Shown in pieces: positions 56,850 through 64,000 of a DNA stretch of 64,000 nt. Source of the stretch: Acidimicrobiia bacterium (GTDB lineage Bacteria > Actinomycetota > Acidimicrobiia > Spongiisociales > Spongiisociaceae); NCBI GenBank assembly GCA_041576165.1, contig JBFGLM010000024.1, forward strand, positions 1 through 64,000, read 5' to 3'. The notes beneath the pieces were generated by a model. It saw only the letters and a list, made by a program, of their open reading frames with translations. It had not been told where the DNA came from and ran no database searches. Within the stretch, counting starts at the first letter, position 1; each line of letters begins with the position of its first letter. The position numbers were made by a program, and so were the translations under genes.

Positions 56850-58630
56850 GAACCGCCGGTCACGTTGACCACGGTAAGTCGACGCTCGTCCAGGCGTTGA
56901 CGGGTCGCGACCCCGATCGTTGGGAGGAGGAGAAGGAACGCGGCTTGACGATCGATCTCGGCTTTGCATGGATGACACTACCTTCCGGGACGACGATCTC
57001 GTTTGTCGACGTGCCCGGCCACGAACGGTTCATCAAGAACATGCTGGCGGGGACCGACGGCTTCGACATCGCCTTGTTCGTCGTGGCAGCCGACGAAGGC
57101 TGGATGCCGCAGTCCGAAGAGCATCTGGCGGTGCTGGACCTCCTGGGTATCCGCCACGGCGTCGTGGCGCTCACCAAGGTGGACCGGGTCGACGACGAGT
57201 TGGTGGAGCTGGCCACTCTCGACATCACCGAGCACCTCGAGGGCACCGGCCTGGAGCAGGCTCCTGTCATTCCGTGTTCGGCCGTGGCCGGGCTCGGGCT
57301 CGATGCCTTGCAGGCGGCGCTCGACGCAGCTGTCGCGGCTGCGGCCGGCACCCGGCCGCCGGGTCGGCCGCGGCTGTGGGTCGACCGGTCGTTCACCATC
57401 AGCGGCGCCGGGACCGTGGTTACCGGCACCTTGACCGGCGGCGAGCTGGCCGTCAGCGACCGGGTGGCGATTCACCCCGGCCCGCTGGAAGGGCGGGTGC
57501 GGTCGTTGCAGAGCCACGAGGAGAGCCGCGAGACCGCGCAACCCGGCGCCCGGGTGGCGGTGAACATCGTCGGGCTTGATCGTGGCGACGTCGGGCGCGG
57601 TTCCATGCTCGGGCGGGTCGGCGACTGGGTGCCCAGCGACCGCCTGCTCACGGCCTTCCGGCGGGCCCGGTATGTGGACAGTCCCCTCACCAACCGGGGC
57701 GCCTATCACCTGCATCTGGGCAGCGGCGCCTGGCCCGTCCGCCTTCGCAGTGCCGGCACTACGCCCGACGGGAGAGAAATCGGCGTGCTACACGTGAGCC
57801 AACCGATCCCGGTGCAGATCGGGGATCGGTTCATTCTGCGGGAGGTCGGGCGCCGGGCGGTGGTAGCCGGGGGCCGGGTACTCCTGCCGGAAGTCCCGCG
57901 CCGGTCGGCCGACGCTCGGGCTGCCGCGCTACGCCTGCTGGAAACCCTCGACGCCGAACCGGATCAGCAGGCTGATGCGCTGGTCGAGATCCGGGGAGTG
58001 GCCGATCTGGGCACCGTCGCCGCCCACACCGGGGGCGGCCGACCGACCGCCGCCGTCATCGTCGGAACGGCCGCACTCTCCAGCTCGCGGGCGGCCTCGT
58101 TGACCCAACGAGCCACCAACGCGGTTGCCCAGTTCCACCGCGACAACCCGCTGCGCCCGGGTATGCCGCTCGCCAGCCTCGCTTCGGCGCTCGACGTCCC
58201 CCAAGACACACTCGATGCGCTGCTGAGGACAACCCCGGCGCTGCGCATCGACGGATCGGTTGTTGTTTCGGTTGGCTTCGCGGGAGGTCTCACTGCCGCC
58301 CAAGAAGAGCAGTTCGCAGATGCTGCGCGAACGCTGGCCGACGCAGGACTGAACGTGCCCAGGATTCGGGATTTGCAGTTGGGCGACGAGCTGCTTCATG
58401 CCCTTCTGCGGGAGAGCCGGCTGGTGCGGATCTCGGACGACTTCGCGTATCTTCCTGAGCAGATCTACGAGATAAGGACGCGGCTGGCCGACCTGCCCGA
58501 CCCATTCACGGTTGCCCAGTTTCGCGACGCATACGGGGTGAGCCGCAAATACGCAGTGCCGCTGCTGGAATGGCTGGATCGCCAGAACGCAACTGTTCGC
58601 CGCGGCGACCTGCGTTCGGTTCGCACGTGA
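56837..58630 (+). CDS. selB: Selenocysteine-specific elongation factor
   Basis: GTAGHVDHGKS, EEKERGLTIDLGF, DVPGHERFIKNM, C-terminal SRKYAVPLLEWLD winged helix. Confidence 0.96.
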
Positions 58631-58697
58631 CCCGCTCCGCTCACTGACCCGGTGGAGCGGACCGCAATGGGAGAGGTCGAGTTTCGCCTGCGTTATG

Positions 58698-58943
58698 TCA
58701 CGCCGGGACGAGGTCCCGCCGTTCTGACTCCGTGTAGCCACCCCAGATTCCGTAGGGCTCACGGATCACCATTGCAAACTCCAGGCAATCTCGCTGTACC
58801 GGGCACACTTTACAGATGGCCCTCGCTCGCATCTCCCGCCTTTCACGCTCGTCCTTGCGTTCGAACGTGCTAGGGGGAAAGAACAAGTGCGAGTGATTCC
58901 CGCGGCACAACGCCCGCAACTGCCAAGAGTCATTGGTAGCCAC
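58698..58943 (-). CDS. whiB: WhiB-family Fe-S transcriptional regulator (WhiB3/WhiD-like)
   Basis: WQ.RALCRG, ICKVCPVQRDC, EPYGIWGG.TE.ER; SD GGAGG before GTG. Confidence 0.9.
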   Translation of the reverse strand: MATNDSWQLRALCRGNHSHLFFPPSTFERKDERERREMRARAICKVCPVQRDCLEFAMVIREPYGIWGGYTESERRDLVPA

Positions 58944-59056
58944 GCAACTTCCTCCCAGTTTCCCGCCACTGACGAGGGCGGAAGGTAGTGCGAACGTTTG
59001 CAGGGCACAAGGAAAATTCTGGGTATTTGATCGGAAAGTTCGTGATTGCGCCCGGA

Positions 59057-59070
59057 GTGTCGATCGACAC
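59057..59070. promoter_or_regulatory. CRP-like palindrome upstream of whiB
   Basis: Perfect GTGTCGATCGACAC (GTG-N8-CAC). Confidence 0.45.
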
Positions 59071-59138
59071 GCACCGCCGCTACTCGCCGGACGATGCATG
59101 GAGCAGAGTTTGGCGGGCCGCCGCACCTGCTCCTGGCC

Positions 59139-60404
59139 TCACCGCCGATCGGCCTGTTCCCCGTGCCCCTGATCCGTCGCCTCGTCGGGCTCTACTTGAA
59201 GATAGCGGCCATCGATAGACGCCACAGTGACCGGATCCCCTTTCCGGATGCCGGCTTCTCGGTGAGCAGCAGCCAGCCAGCGGGCGCCGTCCACGTCCAC
59301 CTCCCCGTTCGGGCCGAAGTCGGTGAGTGCTGTCCCGGAGCGTCCGATCAGGTGCTCGCGCCCGAGCGTCGGCGTCGAAAAACGGGCACGGGCCACGGTC
59401 GTCATCGCAAACAGGTAGAACAGGACCACCGACGCGGCCGTCGCAACGACGGCCCACCAGCGGGGCACGATCTGCGGGGCGCCGTCGGTGAAGAACAAGC
59501 CGCCGACGGCCAGCAGCGCACCGCCCAGCACCGTGAGCGGGAGCCGGGACCCGCGTTGGAACGCGAAAGTGAGCAGCCACATGCCGGCCAGGGTGACCAC
59601 CACGGCCCACCACCGCAGCGGGAGCACGGCCAGTCCATAGCCGGAAAGGAGCAAGGTGAGCACCGCCACCCCCGCCGCCACGCCGGGTCCGACGGCATAG
59701 AACTCGAAGGCCGCGATGGTCAAACCGGCCACCAAGAAAAAGAAGGCGGCCTCGGGTCGGATCGCCAGGCGCAGCGCCCGGGTACCCAGCCCCGGCTCGC
59801 GGAAGATCGTTTCGGCGGCGACAGTGGCGCCATCCAGCTCCTCGACCGTCTGCAACGTCACCGGTTGGCCCGCAACACTGACGGCCCGTCCGTCCAGCTC
59901 CACCAGCAGGTTGTTGATAGTGGGAGCGAGGATATCGACCTGGGGCGGCAGCTCCGCGGTGACTCGCACTGCGCTGTCATCAAGCGGGCTCGACGTCGTA
60001 GCAGAGATTGACCCACCGGCCACGAGCGGACGGCCGTAACCGATCTCGACTCCCGGCGCAGCCGCACCCACCGAAGCTGCTTCCAGCAGAGCCACGGTCG
60101 CGCCGTAGCCGGCGGCCGGTTGCGGCCCAACCCACACAACCACGGGCAGCGGGGGATCTGCAATCAGCTCCACAACCCGCTGCACGTCACCCGTCAACGC
60201 GCCGGGCGAGTCGATCTGGACGATGGCGACCGGGGCCCCGCGGGAGGCCGCGTCCCGCACGGCATCTTCCAGAAACGTGACTGCCAGGGGATCGATGGGA
60301 CCAGAGATATCGATCACTTCGACGGGGGCGTCTCCCTGAGCTGCGACGGAACCCACGCCCAGCGCCGCGAGAATCAGGGCCAACGTCAGTCTGATCGGGG
60401 ACAT
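59139..60404 (-). CDS. Long NfeD-family membrane protein (ClpP-like + TM + OB domains)
   Basis: Signal peptide, ISGPID, IDSPG, PVVVWVGP, TM block, LIGRSG...P.GEVDVDGARW.A. Confidence 0.82.
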   Translation of the reverse strand: MSPIRLTLALILAALGVGSVAAQGDAPVEVIDISGPIDPLAVTFLEDAVRDAASRGAPVAIVQIDSPGALTGDVQRVVELIADPPLPVVVWVGPQPAAGYGATVALLEAASVGAAAPGVEIGYGRPLVAGGSISATTSSPLDDSAVRVTAELPPQVDILAPTINNLLVELDGRAVSVAGQPVTLQTVEELDGATVAAETIFREPGLGTRALRLAIRPEAAFFFLVAGLTIAAFEFYAVGPGVAAGVAVLTLLLSGYGLAVLPLRWWAVVVTLAGMWLLTFAFQRGSRLPLTVLGGALLAVGGLFFTDGAPQIVPRWWAVVATAASVVLFYLFAMTTVARARFSTPTLGREHLIGRSGTALTDFGPNGEVDVDGARWLAAAHREAGIRKGDPVTVASIDGRYLQVEPDEATDQGHGEQADRR

Positions 60405-60515
60405 GGCGCGGCATGTTAGGGCGGGGAGCAGGAGCTGCCGCCGCCGCCTGTGCAGGCGACAGCAGGAGGGAACGTACGGTTATTCCAGGCTCGGTGCCGC
60501 CGGTATGCTCTGCCC

Positions 60516-60893
60516 ATGGCAAGAGTCTTGCTGGTAGCCGACGCCGCCTGGGTTCGCAATCAAACGCTGGCGGCCCTCGGCGGACCCGAGCACGAAATCA
60601 CTGAGGTGGCAGATCCGCGCCTCGTGCTGGACGAGGCGGCTGAAGCCGATTCCGAGATTGCAATCATCGACATGCAGATCGGGAGCATGGGTGGCATGGC
60701 CCTCACCCGCACCCTGAAGGACGGGGCGATGGCAGGTGACGTCGCTGCAATGCCGATCCTCTTGTTGCTCGATCGCTCGGCAGATGTGTTCCTGGCGCGT
60801 CGGGCAGGCGCCAGCGCCTGGCTCGTCAAGCCCTTCACTCCCCAGGATCTACGCACCACGGTGGATTCGCTGCTGGGAGCCAAACACCCGTGA
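60516..60893 (+). CDS. Atypical single-domain response regulator
   Basis: VLLVAD, IIDMQIG.MGGM, LLLDR (Thr position = Asp), LVKPF; TATGCT-N6-ATG. Confidence 0.82.
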   Translation: MARVLLVADAAWVRNQTLAALGGPEHEITEVADPRLVLDEAAEADSEIAIIDMQIGSMGGMALTRTLKDGAMAGDVAAMPILLLLDRSADVFLARRAGASAWLVKPFTPQDLRTTVDSLLGAKHP

Positions 60894-60931
60894 GGACCGG
60901 GCATACGCCCGTTCGTGCCCGCTGAGGACTG

Positions 60932-62209
60932 ATGCTCGGAACCAGCAGCTCGCTCCTGATCGTGTTCGGGGTCTGCGTCCTGGCCTCGGGGTTCCTGTCG
61001 GGAAGCGAGACCGCGCTCACTGCGATTCCACGGGAACGGGTCCACCTGCTGGCCGAGCTGGGCGGCCGGGGCGCACACCTGGAGGAGCTCACCGGCGACC
61101 CCGATCGCACTCTGAGCACGATCCTGGTTGCCAACAACTTCGTCAACATCCTGGCCACATCCGTCGCAACTGTGATCGCTATCGACCTGGTCGGCGAGGC
61201 GTGGGGACCGATCGTTTCGACCGTGGCGGTCACAGCGCTGATCCTAGTGATAGGCGAGGTCACCCCCAAGACACTGGCGGCCCGGCGGCCCGAGCAGTTC
61301 GCCATGATCGTGGCGACCCCCATTTGGTTCTTGGCCCGCGTGCTCGACCCGATTTCGCGGGTGTTCGTCGCCCTCGGACGCTTGATCCTGCGCCTCTTTG
61401 GGCTCAGGTCGGGCCACGACCGGGGCATCACCGAGGCCGACATACGAGCCATGGCTGTGCTGGGCGAGCGGGAAGGCCAGATCGAAGCAGACGAGCGTGA
61501 GATCATCGAGTCGCTGTTCGAGGTGGGTGACCAGCCGGTACGCGAGGTCATGACGCCCCGGGTCGATGTAGCGGCGCTGGTAGCACCGGTTTCCAGCGAA
61601 GACGTCCGCCTGGCGGTTGCGGCCACCGGCCACTCCCGATTCCCGGTCGTGGCAGAAGGAGGTGACCTGGATTTCCTGCTCGGCGTCATCTACGCCAAGG
61701 ACGTCTTCCGGTCGGACCGGGTGCTGAGCCCGGTGGAGGTTCACCGCCTGATCCGGGAGCCGTATTACGTGCCCGAAAGCCTGCCGGTGCTACGCACCCT
61801 CCGCGACCTGCGAGCGCGCAAGAAGAGCCTGGCCGTGGTCATGGATGAGCACGGCGGAGTGGACGGCCTGGTGACCGTCAAGGATCTGGTGGGTGAACTG
61901 GTCGGTGCGATCTCGGACGAGTACGACCCGGGGATCCCGACGTCGGTGCCGGCGGGTGAGGGTGCCTGGCTGGTCGACGGCCGGCTCCCGGCAGATGAAC
62001 TAGAAGAGGAGCTGGGTGTTGATTTGCCCGAGGGCCCCTTCACCACGGTCGGGGGGCTCTACATGTACGTGTCGGGCAGAATCCCGACGCCGGGCGAGAG
62101 GATCGACGTCAGCGGACTGCGCATGACCGTGCTCTCGATGCACAAGCGCCGAATCAACAAGCTGCGGATCGAACAATCGACTGGCGACGCACTGCCCGCG
62201 TCTGGGTAA
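60932..62209 (+). CDS. CNNM/CBS/CorC-domain 'hemolysin-family' protein
   Basis: FLSGSETA, TILVANN.VNI, GEVTPK, VMTPR, HSRFPV, DEHGG.DGLVT.KD. Confidence 0.9.
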   Translation: MLGTSSSLLIVFGVCVLASGFLSGSETALTAIPRERVHLLAELGGRGAHLEELTGDPDRTLSTILVANNFVNILATSVATVIAIDLVGEAWGPIVSTVAVTALILVIGEVTPKTLAARRPEQFAMIVATPIWFLARVLDPISRVFVALGRLILRLFGLRSGHDRGITEADIRAMAVLGEREGQIEADEREIIESLFEVGDQPVREVMTPRVDVAALVAPVSSEDVRLAVAATGHSRFPVVAEGGDLDFLLGVIYAKDVFRSDRVLSPVEVHRLIREPYYVPESLPVLRTLRDLRARKKSLAVVMDEHGGVDGLVTVKDLVGELVGAISDEYDPGIPTSVPAGEGAWLVDGRLPADELEEELGVDLPEGPFTTVGGLYMYVSGRIPTPGERIDVSGLRMTVLSMHKRRINKLRIEQSTGDALPASG

Positions 62210-62263
62210 CATACCGGCTGTCCCCTGAGGACAGCACAAGTCGAATCCGCATCGGATCAATCA

Positions 62264-62340
<77 letters not shown>

Positions 62341-62496
62341 CATCGTCGAGGGGCCGGGCGCAAGCGTCGACCAACGGCAGCCCGGCAGTCCAAACCACAA
62401 TCCGAATGTCTTGTGTCCCGGTGCCAAGCAACTCCGCCGTCCGACGGGCGGAGGCGCTGCTCGGCTGGGGGCCGTGGCATCCACGTGATCCACCCG

Positions 62497-62904
62497 ATGA
62501 CAGCGGAGATACCCATCCCTCTCGAACGGGATGACCGGCGGGTCACGCCGGACTCGGATGCACGGGGATTGGCTGTTGCGAACGGCGTAGATGAGAAGGT
62601 CGGCCAGCCTGAATTGCGCGGGTGGAAACGCGCAGTTCGATACGCGTTGCTGTATCTCGCGCACCATCGGCTGACCAACAAGCAATCGGATACGTCTGTC
62701 ACATACACGATCTCCGACTACGGCAAACGAGTTCTCAATTCCGCTGAGGTGCGGAAGCGTTTCAGGGACGCATATGAGAAACCACTCGTCCCGCTGGGGG
62801 ATCAACGACCCGTAGGCCGTTCGCGCCTCGCTTGTGACGTTCGGGGAAGCGAGGTTTTCGCCATTTGGATCGCTCAGCCCAGTAGCTCCCGCAGGCCTCG
62901 GTAG
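62497..62904 (+). pseudogene. Probable gene remnant with a winged-helix-like segment downstream of tRNA-Pro
   Basis: Lower-GC stretch; WKRAVRYALLYL...YTISDYGKRVL looks like a wHTH end; 3' end overlaps the convergent gene. Confidence 0.35.
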
Positions 62905-63677
62905 GCGGCTTCTGCGGCTCGCAGGTCGGACTCCCCCTGTTGGAGGGCGTAGCCGTCCGCCGGCCGCCGTAGGGCCTCCCGCGCCCGCTCCAAGGCCGCA
63001 GACGCGCGCTCGTAGGCCGCTGTTATGTCGGGCCGGCGGGCCGCCGCGGTCGGGCCGGCCGTGCCGGCCAACTCCGTTTCCATCATCCCGATCCGATCGG
63101 CGAGGTCGGCTCGACGCCGCTCGAGGGGGTCCGTGGCGCGGTCGTGACGCCGCCGGCGATCGTATACGTAACCACCGAGGGCTACGACCAGGATCAGGCC
63201 GGCGATCCCGGCGCCGATCACCGTCAGCGAACGTCCCGCATCCGAGGGGTCGAGGGCTGCGACCAGCGCCGCCGCCGCTTCCTCGGGGGTCCCGGCCTCC
63301 AGCACCGGCGCTACCGCCGACAGTGCCCGGTCCAGCCGCCTGGGATCGAACTCGCTGCTTGCCACCCCGTAGCCTCCCGGCGTGAAGAGGAGAATGGTGG
63401 CGCCTTCGATGAGGTTCCCGACCTCCACCGCCAGGGCTTGGGCGTCGCCCGGGTCGGCAAGCACCGCGATGCGAAGGTCGAGGTCGTACCGGCCGCCATC
63501 GGTAATGGCCCGGGTCAGTTTGGCGCGGTCCAGTTCGGCGACGCCCTCCTGCACGAACAGGCGATCGGCCTCGAGCGCGTCAGCAACCTCGGATGCCGGA
63601 ATGGCAGCCGCCGGAGCCGCAGCGACCATGGCTACGACCACGGAGCTGATAACGAAACGCCGACCGGGGCCCGACAT
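62874..63677 (-). CDS. Hypothetical exported/membrane protein (TPM- or Rv1476-like domain + TM + helical tail)
   Basis: Signal peptide, alpha/beta domain, TM followed by RRRR; TATCCT-N7-ATG. Confidence 0.65.
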   Translation of the reverse strand: MSGPGRRFVISSVVVAMVAAAPAAAIPASEVADALEADRLFVQEGVAELDRAKLTRAITDGGRYDLDLRIAVLADPGDAQALAVEVGNLIEGATILLFTPGGYGVASSEFDPRRLDRALSAVAPVLEAGTPEEAAAALVAALDPSDAGRSLTVIGAGIAGLILVVALGGYVYDRRRRHDRATDPLERRRADLADRIGMMETELAGTAGPTAAARRPDITAAYERASAALERAREALRRPADGYALQQGESDLRAAEAAYRGLRELLG

Positions 63678-63707
63678 GCGACCCAGGATACGACCCGGGA
63701 CCGTTAG

Positions 63708-64000
63708 CTACAGCTGTTCGGCGATCTGGACCGCGTTGAGGGCGGCCCCTTTGCGCAGGTTGTCGCCCACGACCCACAAGTTGACGCCACCCGTGTCTCC
63801 CACCGTGTCGCGGACCCTCCCCACCAGTACGTCATCGATCCCCGCCGAATCGAGCGGAGTGGGTGTCACGTCAGCCCAGAGCTCGATTCCGGGGGCTGAG
63901 GTCAAGATGTCCCGGGCCGTCGCTGCATCCAGCGGCTCGTCGAACAGCATGGTTGCCGCCAGGCCGTGGCCGACCATCACCGGGACCCGGACGCAGGTCG
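63708..64000 (-). CDS. asd: Aspartate-semialdehyde dehydrogenase, 3' part (truncated by the window edge)
   Basis: TCVRVPV..GH, PTP, VLVGRVR, GDNLRKGAALNAVQIAE. Confidence 0.93.
   Translation of the reverse strand, partial: TCVRVPVMVGHGLAATMLFDEPLDAATARDILTSAPGIELWADVTPTPLDSAGIDDVLVGRVRDTVGDTGGVNLWVVGDNLRKGAALNAVQIAEQL

Overview
GC-rich actinobacterial chromosomal segment. GlnR, GlnA2, GlnII, a WhiB3/WhiD-like protein and many leaderless TANNNT promoters point to Actinomycetota; Acidimicrobiia is my inference only. Most of the window is housekeeping or metabolic: TPP-riboswitch thiBPQ and thiD, fdhD, tRNA-Asp/Phe/Pro, fused 2-oxoacid dehydrogenase E1, argS, glcDEF, oxoprolinase A/B, a glnII-glnA2-glnR cluster with a GlnR box, a TRAP transporter, Fe-S carriers, selA-selB and partial asd. 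I found no integrase, transposase or CRISPR array. The most unusual signal is non-coding. Two loci about 50 kb apart (1658-1733 minus, 52004-52079 plus) share an identical layout: a 17-bp box with a BldD-like TnAC-N5-GTnA core, 36 nt, a sigma28/WhiG-like CCGATAC, 7 nt, then GAACGTGCC. One copy heads a signalling cluster (small ORF, two stand-alone receivers, and a divergent DHp-like protein lacking the canonical His). The other heads a ~145-nt multi-hairpin candidate sRNA with its own terminator. All calls are by eye from motifs; no database searches were run.
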